A stretch of 40,666 nucleotides of DNA from positions 1 to 40,666 of the IMG/VR virus record IMGVR_UViG_2563366836_000013, one strand, 5' to 3'. The translations under genes were made by a program, and so were the position numbers. This stretch comes from a virus. Its lineage: Duplodnaviria; Heunggongvirae; Uroviricota; Caudoviricetes. Of this stretch, positions 8,690-17,082 are shown piece by piece (positions within the stretch are counted from its first letter, which is position 1; every line of letters starts with the position of its first letter). Below the pieces are notes generated by a model that was given only the letters and a program-made list of their open reading frames with translations, was not told where the DNA came from and did no database searches.

Positions 8690-9620
8690 ATTAACCGGCT
8701 ATGTATGGGATGGTTGCGCAGCGTCAGGCATGAAATTATCCAGCGTGGCAATTATGGCCCGCCTGGCTGATTTCAGTAATGACGAAGGTGTGTGCTGGCC
8801 ATCGATTGAAACCATTGCCCGCCAGATTGGCGCGGGGATGAGTACCGTCAGAACGGCTATCGCACGGCTGGAAGCAGAAGGCTGGTTAACGCGTAAGGCG
8901 CGTCGCCAGGGTAACCGCAATGCGTCGAATGTTTATCAGCTTAACGTTGCGAAGCTTCAGGCAGCGGCATTTTCTCAACTGTCAGATTCTGACCCGTCAA
9001 AATCTGACGCATCAAAATCTGACCCGTCAAAATTTGATGCGTCGAAATCTGGCAAAAAAGCGGGTTTTCACCCGTCAGAATCTGGCGGGGATCCGTCAGT
9101 AAAATCAAAACATGATCCGTCAGATAAAAAACCTTCTCGTCCGGACGCTTCGCAACCGGACACGCAGACGGCTGAACAGGATTTTTTAACTCGCCATCCT
9201 GATGCGGTTGTATTCAGCCCTAAAAAGCGCCAGTGGGGAACGCAGGATGATTTGACCTGCGCACAGTGGCTCTGGAAAAAAATCATCGCCCTGTACGAGC
9301 AGGCCGCCGAATGTGACGGCGAGGTGGTTCGTCCCAAAGAACCGAACTGGACAGCCTGGGCAAACGAAATTCGCCTGATGTGTGTGCAGGATGGTCGTAA
9401 TCATAAACAAATCTGCGAGATGTACAGCCGCGTCAGTCGCGATCCGTTCTGGTGCCGTAACGTGCTCAGCCCGTCGAAGCTGCGGGAAAAATGGGATGAG
9501 CTTTCCCTGCGCTTATCGCCGTCCGTCAGCACGTACACCGAAAAACGCGAAGACCCGTACTTCAAATCCAGTTACGACAACGTGGACTACAGCCAGATCC
9601 CGGCAGGATTCAGGGGGTGA
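8679..9620 (+). CDS. Replication initiator (lambda O-like N-terminal HTH, DnaT-like C-terminus) with embedded iterons
   Basis: 313 aa; N-terminal HTH (WPSIETIARQIGAGMSTVRTAIARLEAEGWL); central SDPSKSDASKSDPSKFDASKS repeats encoded by DNA iterons; GAGG RBS. Confidence 0.8.
   Translation: MSTKLTGYVWDGCAASGMKLSSVAIMARLADFSNDEGVCWPSIETIARQIGAGMSTVRTAIARLEAEGWLTRKARRQGNRNASNVYQLNVAKLQAAAFSQLSDSDPSKSDASKSDPSKFDASKSGKKAGFHPSESGGDPSVKSKHDPSDKKPSRPDASQPDTQTAEQDFLTRHPDAVVFSPKKRQWGTQDDLTCAQWLWKKIIALYEQAAECDGEVVRPKEPNWTAWANEIRLMCVQDGRNHKQICEMYSRVSRDPFWCRNVLSPSKLREKWDELSLRLSPSVSTYTEKREDPYFKSSYDNVDYSQIPAGFRG
8981..9131. repeat. Iteron array (probable phage replication origin) inside the initiator gene
   Basis: About 6 direct repeats of CCGTCA(A/G)AATCTGA-like units (tgacccgtcaaaatctgacgcatcaaaatctgacccgtcaaaatttgatgcgtcgaaatctgg ... 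atccgtcagataaaaaacc). Confidence 0.65.
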
Positions 9621-9622
9621 TC

Positions 9623-10111
9623 ATGAGTCTGTTAAATGACGTTCAGAAATTCATTGAAGCCCATCCTGGGTGTACTTCCGGAGACATTGCGGATGCTTTT
9701 GCAGGTTACTCACGGCAGCGCGTTCTGCAGTCTGCAAGCAAGTTACGTCAGAGTGGGCGTGTGGCTCACCGTTGTGAAGGAGATACACGCAGACATTTCC
9801 CGCGCCTGACTGAGAGAGCGCAGGAGCCGGAACCACAACCAGTTCGTGAAACCAGACCTGTGCGCAATTTCTATGTCGGCACTAACGATCCCCGGGTGAT
9901 TTTGTGCCTGACCCGCCAGGCTGAAGAACTGGAGTCAAGGGGCTTATACCGTCGTGCTGCAACCGTGTGGATGGCGGCATTCCGTGAAAGCCACTCCCAG
10001 CCAGAACGAAACAATTTTCTGGCGCGTCGTGAGCGGTGTTTACGGAAAAGCAGCAAGCGCGCTGTATCGGGTGAAGAGTGGTATCTGTCAGGGAATTACG
10101 TGGGGGCTTAA
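9623..10111 (+). CDS. Putative DNA-binding regulator (PerC/ANR-like C-terminal motif)
   Basis: 162 aa from ATG with AGGGGG RBS; motif ...LESRGLYRRAATVWMAAF recalls PerC/ANR family; assignment tentative. Confidence 0.4.
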   Translation: MSLLNDVQKFIEAHPGCTSGDIADAFAGYSRQRVLQSASKLRQSGRVAHRCEGDTRRHFPRLTERAQEPEPQPVRETRPVRNFYVGTNDPRVILCLTRQAEELESRGLYRRAATVWMAAFRESHSQPERNNFLARRERCLRKSSKRAVSGEEWYLSGNYVGA

Positions 10112-10764
10112 TGAGTAATAAATATTGCCAGGCGCTGGTGGAACTGCGGAACAAACCAGCCCATGAACTGAAGGAAGTGGGCGATCAGTGGCGCACGCCG
10201 GACAACATTTTCTGGGGAATTAACACCCTGTTTGGTCCGTTTGTTCTGGATCTGTTCACTGACGGTGATAACGCCAAATGTGCCGCGTATTACACGGCGG
10301 AAGACAACGCGCTGGCGCATGACTGGTCAGAACGTCTTGCGGAGCTTAAAGGTGCTGCCTTTGGTAATCCCCCATACAGCCGCGCCAGTCAGCATGAGGG
10401 GCAATACATCACCGGCATGCGTTACATCATGAAACATGCCAGTGCCATGCGTGATAAGGGCGGGCGCTATGTTTTCCTGATCAAAGCTGCCACCAGCGAA
10501 GTTTGGTGGCCGGAAGATGCAGACCATATTGCTTTTATTCGCGGGCGTATTGGTTTTGAACTGCCTGCCTGGTTTATCCCGAAGGATGAGAAGCAGGTGC
10601 CGACAGGAGCGTTCTTCGCTGGTGCTATTGCTGTTTTCGACAAGACCTGGAAGGGACCGGCAATCAGCTACATCGGGCGCGATGAACTTGAGGCATGTGG
10701 TGAGGCGTTTCTGGCGCAGGTTCGCCAGCAGGCGGAAAAACTGGTCAGGGAGATGGCGGCATGA
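10111..10764 (+). CDS. Phage N6-adenine DNA methyltransferase (orphan, Dam-like family)
   Basis: Catalytic motif FGNPPYS (NPPY), about 217 aa; TAATG overlap with upstream gene; no adjacent restriction enzyme. Confidence 0.8.
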   Translation: MSNKYCQALVELRNKPAHELKEVGDQWRTPDNIFWGINTLFGPFVLDLFTDGDNAKCAAYYTAEDNALAHDWSERLAELKGAAFGNPPYSRASQHEGQYITGMRYIMKHASAMRDKGGRYVFLIKAATSEVWWPEDADHIAFIRGRIGFELPAWFIPKDEKQVPTGAFFAGAIAVFDKTWKGPAISYIGRDELEACGEAFLAQVRQQAEKLVREMAA

Positions 10765-11087
10765 CGACGTTAACTCAATGCCAGCAGCAGGTGCTGGATA
10801 TGCTGATTTCTTATCAGAAAGAACGTGGCTTTCCGCCAACCAATCAGGAGGTGGCAACCATGCTGGGATACCGTTCGGTGAATGCAGCGGTGGAGCATCT
10901 TCGCGCACTGGAGAAAAAAGGCGTCATCACGATAAAGCGTGGCGTGGCCCGGGGTATCACGCTTCATACCACAGTGAAGGACGACGACAGCGAGGCAGCC
11001 GGGATTATCCGCGCACTGCTTGCCGGTGAGGAAAACGCCAGACTGCGTGCAGCCCACTGGTTACATGAGAGGGGCCTGAAAGTATGA
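10761..11087 (+). CDS. LexA-N-terminal-like winged-helix DNA-binding protein
   Basis: LTQCQQQVLDMLISYQKERGFPPTNQEVATMLGYRSVNAAVEHLRALEKKGVI resembles the LexA DNA-binding domain; no peptidase domain. Confidence 0.55.
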   Translation: MTTLTQCQQQVLDMLISYQKERGFPPTNQEVATMLGYRSVNAAVEHLRALEKKGVITIKRGVARGITLHTTVKDDDSEAAGIIRALLAGEENARLRAAHWLHERGLKV

Positions 11088-11473
11088 AGCTGATCCTGCC
11101 TTTCCCGCCCAGCGTGAACACGTACTGGCGACACCCCAACAAAGGGGCGTTTGCAGGTAAGAGCCTGATAAGCGCGGCGGGGCGAAAATTTCAGAGCGCG
11201 GCGTGCGCAGCAATAGTTGAACAGTTACGTCGTCTGCCGAAACCAACGTCGGCACCTGCTTCAGTGGAGATCGTGTTGTTTCCTCCGGATAACAGGATCC
11301 GCGATCTGGACAACTATAACAAGGCGCTGTTTGACGTTCTGACCCACGCGGGTGTGTGGGAAGACGACAGTCAGGTGAAAAGAATGCTGGTGGAGTGGGG
11401 ACCGGTTATCCCGGAAGGGAAGGTCGAGATCACTATCAGTAAGTACGAGAAAACGGCGGGTGCAGCCGCCTGA
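11084..11473 (+). CDS. rusA: RusA Holliday-junction resolvase
   Basis: 129 aa, MKLILPFPPSVNTYWRH ... RDLDNYNKALFDVL typical of RusA. Confidence 0.85.
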   Translation: MKLILPFPPSVNTYWRHPNKGAFAGKSLISAAGRKFQSAACAAIVEQLRRLPKPTSAPASVEIVLFPPDNRIRDLDNYNKALFDVLTHAGVWEDDSQVKRMLVEWGPVIPEGKVEITISKYEKTAGAAA

Positions 11474-11492
11474 GCAAGAGGAGAAACGAAGT

Positions 11493-12302
11493 ATGAATAA
11501 TCTGATGGTCATTGATGGTATTGAAGTTCGTCGTGATGCTTATGGGCGTTACAGCCTGAACGATCTGCACAGGGCAGCCGGGGGAGAACAAAAAAACCGC
11601 CCGAAATACTGGCTCTCCAATAAGCAAACCTGTGAATTGATTGAACAACTTTTCACCGAGGGTGGAATTCCGCCTCTGGAACAAAATCAACCAGTTAGCG
11701 TCATTAATGGCGGAAATAACCAGGGGACGTATGTCTGCAAAGAACTGGTGTATGCCTATGCAATGTGGATCAGCCCGTCATTCCATCTGAAGGTGATCCG
11801 TACTTTCGATATGGTAACCAGCGCATCGGAAAAATTATCCGGGCAGGCTGCTGACAAGATGCAGGCTGGAGTGATTCTGCTGGACTTTATGCGCAGGGAG
11901 TTAAACCTGTCTAACTCTTCAGTGCTTGGTGCCTGTCAGAAACTCCAGGAGGCTGTTGGCTTACCGAATCTGGCACCGCGCTATGCCATTGATGCTCCTG
12001 CTGATGCACACGATGGCTCAAGTCGCCCGACACTGTCACTGAGTGCACTGCTGAAACAGTATGGTATCCGCCTGACGGCTAATCAGGCATATCACCAGAT
12101 GGTGAAATTGGGGATCGTCGAGCAGCGCGAACGATACAGCCGTACCGCGATTAACAACATCAAAAAATTCTGGTCGCTGACAGCGAAAGGTTGCATGTTC
12201 GGCAAGAACATCACCAGTCCCGCAAATCCGCGCGAGACGCAGCCGCATTTCTTCGAATCCCGATTCCCTGAGCTGTTAAAGCTGCTCGATACCGTTCATT
12301 GA
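11493..12302 (+). CDS. KilA-N domain protein (antirepressor-like)
   Basis: Start at ATG with AGGAG upstream (MNNLMVIDGIEV...); N-terminal KilA-N-like domain, C-terminal region resembling antirepressor KilAC. Confidence 0.65.
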   Translation: MNNLMVIDGIEVRRDAYGRYSLNDLHRAAGGEQKNRPKYWLSNKQTCELIEQLFTEGGIPPLEQNQPVSVINGGNNQGTYVCKELVYAYAMWISPSFHLKVIRTFDMVTSASEKLSGQAADKMQAGVILLDFMRRELNLSNSSVLGACQKLQEAVGLPNLAPRYAIDAPADAHDGSSRPTLSLSALLKQYGIRLTANQAYHQMVKLGIVEQRERYSRTAINNIKKFWSLTAKGCMFGKNITSPANPRETQPHFFESRFPELLKLLDTVH

Positions 12303-12303
12303 G

Positions 12304-13305
12304 GTGACCGTGAGAGCACTACTGACCCCTGAAATTGCCCCGCGTATGGGGATCGTATTGTTCAGGCCAGGTTCAGAGCTGATGCCCCTGTTTATGCAGG
12401 GGCGTGTCCTGCTGGAGCCTGAGCCGGAGCGTTATTCATCTTTCGCCAGTGGTGCCGTTCCGGCGGCATCACAACCGCTGGCGGATGATCCTGCCGTTCG
12501 GGCCGTGTTCCGCAATGAGGCAGTGATCCGTCGTGCTGGTGGCGTGGAATGTCTTGAAAGCTGGTTACTTCGTGAAAAAGGCTGCCAGTGGCCTCATTCC
12601 GACTGGCACAGCGAGAACATGACCACAATGCGGCACGCGCCGGGCGCAATCCGTCTGTGCTGGCACTGCGATAACCAGTTGCGCGATCAGTTCACGGAAC
12701 GGCTGGAATCAATGGCAACGGATAACTGTGCCCGCTGGGTGTTATCTGTTGTGCGCCGTGATCTCGGTTTTGATGATAGTCACGTTGTGACAATGCCGGA
12801 ACTGTGCTGGTGGCTGGTTCGTAATGACCTGGCGGATGCCTTACCGGAAAGTGCAGCCCGTAAGGCACTGAGATTACCGAAGCCTGTTGTGCCGTCTGTT
12901 ACCCGGGAAAGTGACCTTGTGCCTTCGGTTCCTGCCACCAGCATCATCCAGGATAAAGCGAAAAAGGTGCTGGCGCTGAAAGTGGATCCGGAGTCGCCGG
13001 AGTCTTTTATGTTACGCCCAAAACGTCGCCGCTGGGTTAATGAAAAGTACACGCGCTGGGTTAAGACACAGCCGTGTGCATGTTGTGGAAAGCCTGCTGA
13101 TGATCCCCACCACCTGATAGGTCACGGTCAGGGTGGAATGGGAACAAAAGCGCATGACCTCTTTGTGTTGCCTTTGTGCAGAAAGCATCACGACGAGCTG
13201 CATGCGGATACCGTGGCATTTGAAGAGATGTATGGCTCCCAGCTGGAGCTGATATTTCGTTTTATCGATCGTGCGCTGGCGATCGGCGTAATTGCGACAG
13301 CTTAA
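12304..13305 (+). CDS. DUF968 / HNH-like nuclease domain protein (YdfU-like)
   Basis: C-terminal CACCGKPADDPHHL...CRKHHDELH HNH-type motif; GTG start (alternative GTG at 12310). Confidence 0.6.
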   Translation: MTVRALLTPEIAPRMGIVLFRPGSELMPLFMQGRVLLEPEPERYSSFASGAVPAASQPLADDPAVRAVFRNEAVIRRAGGVECLESWLLREKGCQWPHSDWHSENMTTMRHAPGAIRLCWHCDNQLRDQFTERLESMATDNCARWVLSVVRRDLGFDDSHVVTMPELCWWLVRNDLADALPESAARKALRLPKPVVPSVTRESDLVPSVPATSIIQDKAKKVLALKVDPESPESFMLRPKRRRWVNEKYTRWVKTQPCACCGKPADDPHHLIGHGQGGMGTKAHDLFVLPLCRKHHDELHADTVAFEEMYGSQLELIFRFIDRALAIGVIATA

Positions 13306-13326
13306 GTGTATGGAGCGCTGAGAAGT

Positions 13327-14016
13327 ATGAATCAACAAGACTTGAATTTTGTCAGAATAGAACTACGTCGTGCGCTGTTTGACTTCTCTGGGGGGACAAA
13401 AGGGCAGCTTGAGGCTTTCACTGAACACCCACCAGCAGACAAAAATGCCACTCCACGCCGTGGAATTCATCTTGTCGAACTCGAAGGTGATAAGGGACCA
13501 CGCTTTGTTAACTCGCTTTCCGCGCCATTGTACGTGCAAGAAACACGTAGCCGCCCCAGGCCAATGCCGCCGATAAAAGATGTAGAATTTGAGTCCGCGC
13601 CGTGGCGTAGGGCAGTGTCCGCGCTTAGTGGATACCAGCAGGCTTGGTTGCGGTACTGTTACGGTTTTGACCTTAACTATACGCACCAGGTGATGATGTG
13701 TGAATACGTCTGGAAGGCTTATCAGAAATGCTTGGGTGAAAACTCACTTCAGGAGCGCGTAGTAAAAAAACTAATAGGCCTAGTATGGCTTGCAGGACAG
13801 GAAATTGCTGCAACCCGAAACAATGAAACCTATAAAGACTACGCTGGTGCGGCGCTGGCCCGTATGGTTAGCGTTGACCGTTCGACATGGTTGCGCGTCT
13901 ATTCAGGCCACTGGGCTGGGTTAAAGGCCGCTTTTACCCAGCTTGATGAGTCTGCGCTGGCCATGGCTCTTGAATACTATGAGGATGAAGAAGCTCTCAA
14001 AGTGGGAGAAATATGA
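13327..14016 (+). CDS. Late-gene antiterminator Q (phage 82/21 type)
   Basis: About 229 aa from ATG (MNQQDL...); last early gene before a promoter-plus-terminator unit and the lysis genes. Confidence 0.7.
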   Translation: MNQQDLNFVRIELRRALFDFSGGTKGQLEAFTEHPPADKNATPRRGIHLVELEGDKGPRFVNSLSAPLYVQETRSRPRPMPPIKDVEFESAPWRRAVSALSGYQQAWLRYCYGFDLNYTHQVMMCEYVWKAYQKCLGENSLQERVVKKLIGLVWLAGQEIAATRNNETYKDYAGAALARMVSVDRSTWLRVYSGHWAGLKAAFTQLDESALAMALEYYEDEEALKVGEI

Positions 14017-14046
14017 CGTAAATTTCACTATCTCCTTCAAACGCGC

Positions 14047-14075
14047 TTGCAAAATACAACAAAATAAGCCATATT
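14047..14075 (+). promoter_or_regulatory. Candidate late promoter PR' (TTGCAA-17 bp-CATATT)
   Basis: Hexamers with 17-bp spacing just downstream of Q stop, followed about 35 nt later by a terminator, as for lambda PR'-tR'. Confidence 0.35.
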
Positions 14076-14109
14076 GGAAGCATATTTGATATGTTGCCAA
14101 AGTTTTATA

Positions 14110-14134
14110 AACCCGCCGACGAGCGGGTTTTTTG
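14110..14134 (+). terminator. tR'-like rho-independent terminator
   Basis: CCCGC-CGACGA-GCGGG hairpin followed by TTTTTT. Confidence 0.6.
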
Positions 14135-14209
14135 ATATGCGACATAACCTATAACATTTTTTATAAAATAAAATATAATTGCTTTACCATTATCCTGTGA
14201 GTTGAGCAA

Positions 14210-14995
14210 ATGTATATATTTGAATTGACCAAACCTGGCAACTGGCTTGAAAGTGAAGACAAAGAGTGGTCTTGGAAAATAGAACGGCTTTTGGACCATC
14301 TTGAATTTGCATTTTATGAGGCTAATGTTGCATTAAATTTATTTATGCAGCAGCAAAACAATCAAATAGAACAACAAGGGGTTTCGCAATTGCAATGGGA
14401 AAAAGAAATGCAAGAACGAAGAACCATCGAAACACTAGTTCGTGAGGAGTTAGGTTTATCCCCTTTTGAGAATCCTGAAAACATACAATTTGAGGTGGAC
14501 GCGAGGTTTAAACGAGAAAAGTGGAGTTCTGGTGAAATTCCACGTAGCCACAAACATTGTGTGATTTTTATTTATGCAAAATCTTTTCTTTATTCTCTTG
14601 ATACTATTGATAAATTTATAAAGGTTATTTCGAATGAACCTTATGCTCCTGAGTCGATAAAAGCCCTACACGATCAGATAGGTAAAGATTTTCCTGATCT
14701 CAGAGGGGTTAGGAATTCAACTCAACACCTCGAAGATAGGGCTCGAGGGCTTGGCGCAGGGAGAGAACCGAAGCCTTTGAATCTCCAGCCTATAAGTAAT
14801 ACCTTCATAAATGCACCGCAAGGTGCTTTGATATTAAATAATCTGAATGGCACCAAATTCGGGTCAACTATATCTGATGGTCACTATGGTGAAGTGGACA
14901 TTTCACCTGAATCGTTATCAAAAATGCAAAGTATTGTTCAGGGCGTTCTTGACTCGTTTAAGTGGGTTGGTAATCAGCAACACTTACCAAGTTAA
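14210..14995 (+). CDS. AT-rich moron protein with HEPN-like R-N-x3-H motif (candidate Abi/defence RNase)
   Basis: 261 aa; low GC compared with flanks; RNSTQH at residues 168-173 fits the HEPN Rx4-6H signature; own TATAAT -10 (14174-14179) and downstream hairpin terminator. Confidence 0.5.
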   Translation: MYIFELTKPGNWLESEDKEWSWKIERLLDHLEFAFYEANVALNLFMQQQNNQIEQQGVSQLQWEKEMQERRTIETLVREELGLSPFENPENIQFEVDARFKREKWSSGEIPRSHKHCVIFIYAKSFLYSLDTIDKFIKVISNEPYAPESIKALHDQIGKDFPDLRGVRNSTQHLEDRARGLGAGREPKPLNLQPISNTFINAPQGALILNNLNGTKFGSTISDGHYGEVDISPESLSKMQSIVQGVLDSFKWVGNQQHLPS

Positions 14996-15017
14996 CTAAA
15001 CTTAATTATTCATATTA

Positions 15018-15041
15018 AGGCTGCCATATGGCGGCCTTTTT
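15018..15041 (+). terminator. Hairpin terminator after the AT-rich moron
   Basis: AGGCTGCC-ATAT-GGCGGCCT stem (one mismatch) followed by TTTT. Confidence 0.4.
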
Positions 15042-15088
15042 ATTCCCTTCACTTTTGAGAGGATTCACAGCAATTAAGAGGGGGCTAA

Positions 15089-15475
15089 ATGTCCGATCCG
15101 ATTTCCGGCACAGGGTTAGCTGCTGGAGTCCTGACAGGCGCTAGTGTTTATGGACTGCTGACCGGAACTGATTACGGTGTTGTATTTGGCGCATTTGCAG
15201 GGGCTGTATTCTACATCGCAACAGCAGCAGATCTGAGTTTATCGCGTCGACTGGCATATTTTATCGTGTCGTATATTGCCGGAATCCTTTGCTCTGGGTT
15301 GGTTGGCTCCAAGCTGGCAAACTTGACCGGATACAGTGATAAACCTCTGGATGCTATTGGTGCCGTAATCGTCTCTGCTTTAGCCGTTAAAATCCTGACG
15401 TTTCTGAATAACCAGGATATCGGTTCGCTGGTGGCGCTTATAACGCGCCGGGGAGGTTCAGGTGGAGCTAAATGA
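15089..15475 (+). CDS. Putative holin (multi-TM membrane protein)
   Basis: 128 aa, Gly/Ala-rich hydrophobic helices, strong AGAGGGGG RBS, first gene of the lysis cassette upstream of endolysin. Confidence 0.5.
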   Translation: MSDPISGTGLAAGVLTGASVYGLLTGTDYGVVFGAFAGAVFYIATAADLSLSRRLAYFIVSYIAGILCSGLVGSKLANLTGYSDKPLDAIGAVIVSALAVKILTFLNNQDIGSLVALITRRGGSGGAK

Positions 15476-15743
15476 CCCGACAGCAACTATAAATGCGCTG
15501 TTATGTGCTTGTGTTGTTATTACTCTGATGTTTTATCGTCGTGGTGATTCGCGGCATCGTCCTTGGGTTTCACGTTTAGCCTGGCTGATTACTGTTACAT
15601 ACAGTGCTGTTCCGTTGGCCTATCTCTGTGGGATTTATCCCCATTCCTCATGGCCCATTATCGTGGCGAATACTATTTTTCTTTCCGTGCTGGTGGCCGT
15701 CAGAGGCAACGTTGCACGTCTGGTTGATCATCTGAGGCACTAA
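15462..15743 (+). CDS. Second holin-like membrane protein
   Basis: 93 aa from GTG with GGGAGG RBS; hydrophobic TM segments; between holin and endolysin. Confidence 0.45.
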   Translation: MELNDPTATINALLCACVVITLMFYRRGDSRHRPWVSRLAWLITVTYSAVPLAYLCGIYPHSSWPIIVANTIFLSVLVAVRGNVARLVDHLRH

Positions 15744-16357
15744 TGAACCAACAATTATTTCAAAAGGCGGCTGGTATTAGCGCCGGGCTGGCTGCGCGCT
15801 GGTTTCCGCACATTGATGCGGCGATGAAGGAATTCGGCATTACAGCACCAGCGGATCAGGCAATGTTTATCGCTCAGGTAGGCCATGAGTCGATGGGGTT
15901 TAGCGCCGTAGTTGAAAATTTTAACTACACACCATCTGCGCTGGTGGCGTCGTTCGGAAAGAGGATTACACAGCAGCAGGCTGATGCCCTTGGCAGAACA
16001 TCCGGACATGCAGCTCGTCAGGATGCTATTGCCAATCTTGTGTATAGCAACCGACTGGGTAACAAAGCACCAGGTGATGGCTGGAAATATCGTGGTAGAG
16101 GATTAATTCAAATCACTGGCCTCCATAATTATCGCATCTGTGGCGCGGCGCTGAAGTTAGATCTGGTGACTTCACCTGAACAACTGGAACAGGAGCTACA
16201 GGCCGCGCGCTCAGCTGCATGGTTCTACACCTCTAAAGGTTGCATGGTCTACGGTACCGATATTAATCGTGTTACGCGCATCATTAACGGCGGTCTGAAC
16301 GGTATTGAGGATCGTAAGGTTCGATACAACAAGGCGCGGGCGGCGCTGCTGGTATGA
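15743..16357 (+). CDS. Endolysin, glycoside hydrolase family 19 (chitinase-like lysozyme)
   Basis: 204 aa; ...FIAQVGHESMGFS...NRLGN...GWKYRGRGLIQITGLHNY... typical of GH19 phage endolysins. Confidence 0.85.
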   Translation: MNQQLFQKAAGISAGLAARWFPHIDAAMKEFGITAPADQAMFIAQVGHESMGFSAVVENFNYTPSALVASFGKRITQQQADALGRTSGHAARQDAIANLVYSNRLGNKAPGDGWKYRGRGLIQITGLHNYRICGAALKLDLVTSPEQLEQELQAARSAAWFYTSKGCMVYGTDINRVTRIINGGLNGIEDRKVRYNKARAALLV

Positions 16358-16746
16358 AGATGAGTTATTGGGCGCTCATTTTAACGTTTATTGCTTGTAT
16401 TGCTGGTGGTCTTGTTTGGTCAGCGAATCACTATCATGGAAAGTTTCTGGAGGAGCAGAAGCGTGCTGACGCTGCGGAACAGCGAGCTGATTCTACTGAG
16501 GCTATCACCGCGAATGTTCTGCGTACTATGGCAATAACGAACATCATTCAGGAGGCGAATCAATATGCAAAACAGCAGATCGCACTGGAGTCACAGAGAA
16601 CCCAGGAAGATATCAAAGTGGCTGTTGCGGATGATGATTGTGCTTCACATCCTGTGCCTGCTGCCGCTGCTGACCGGTTGCGGAAGTACGCGAACAGTTT
16701 ACGTGAGCATTCCGAAGACTCCACTACCAGTCAGCTTGACTTCTGA
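16354..16746 (+). CDS. i-spanin (Rz-like)
   Basis: 130 aa, N-terminal TM (YWALILTFIACIAGGLVW) then coiled-coil periplasmic domain; ATGA overlap with endolysin stop. Confidence 0.8.
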   Translation: MKMSYWALILTFIACIAGGLVWSANHYHGKFLEEQKRADAAEQRADSTEAITANVLRTMAITNIIQEANQYAKQQIALESQRTQEDIKVAVADDDCASHPVPAAAADRLRKYANSLREHSEDSTTSQLDF

Positions 16747-16879
16747 TACACCTGTACCGTGTATACCCAACCCACTGACGTATGGTGCAAGTCTTGATTT
16801 GAATGTAAGTTTGTTATCCGCGTTGGCTCAATGTAATAGGGATAAGTCTGATATCAGAATCATTGATAATCAAAATTGA
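16631..16879 (+). CDS. o-spanin (Rz1-like lipoprotein) in +1 frame overlapping the Rz 3' end
   Basis: MMIVLHILCLLPLLTGCGS lipobox, Pro-rich mature part; starts inside Rz and extends past its stop. Confidence 0.7.
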   Translation: MMIVLHILCLLPLLTGCGSTRTVYVSIPKTPLPVSLTSDTPVPCIPNPLTYGASLDLNVSLLSALAQCNRDKSDIRIIDNQN

Positions 16880-17082
16880 TGTATATTTTTATCGTCATGT
16901 AGATAACGAACAAGGTATTCCTCTGATACGTTTCGTTGAATACAGGTCATGGGTAGGCATTGCAATATCGCTTCGAAATTATCTGTGATAATGCTCTTAA
17001 TTTTGAATGTATGTATTTGGGAAAAGAGATAAAGTAATAGTCTAATTAATGGAGATATCCACAAAACACAAAAGGGACTATT

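Noticed and set aside
8920-9131. Short direct repeats that could be mistaken for a CRISPR array or coding repeats (ORF-track ORF 8920-9102, LTRQNLTHQNLTRQNL...)
   Set aside because: Repeat unit is about 12-15 bp with almost no spacers and lies inside the replication initiator gene; this is an iteron-type origin, and the out-of-frame ORF is a translation artefact of the repeats.
14017-14209. tRNA genes or Shiga toxin genes in the Q-S slot
   Set aside because: The intergenic region is too short and AT-rich for a tRNA cloverleaf, and the only ORF in the slot (261 aa) has no A/B toxin subunit features or signal peptides.
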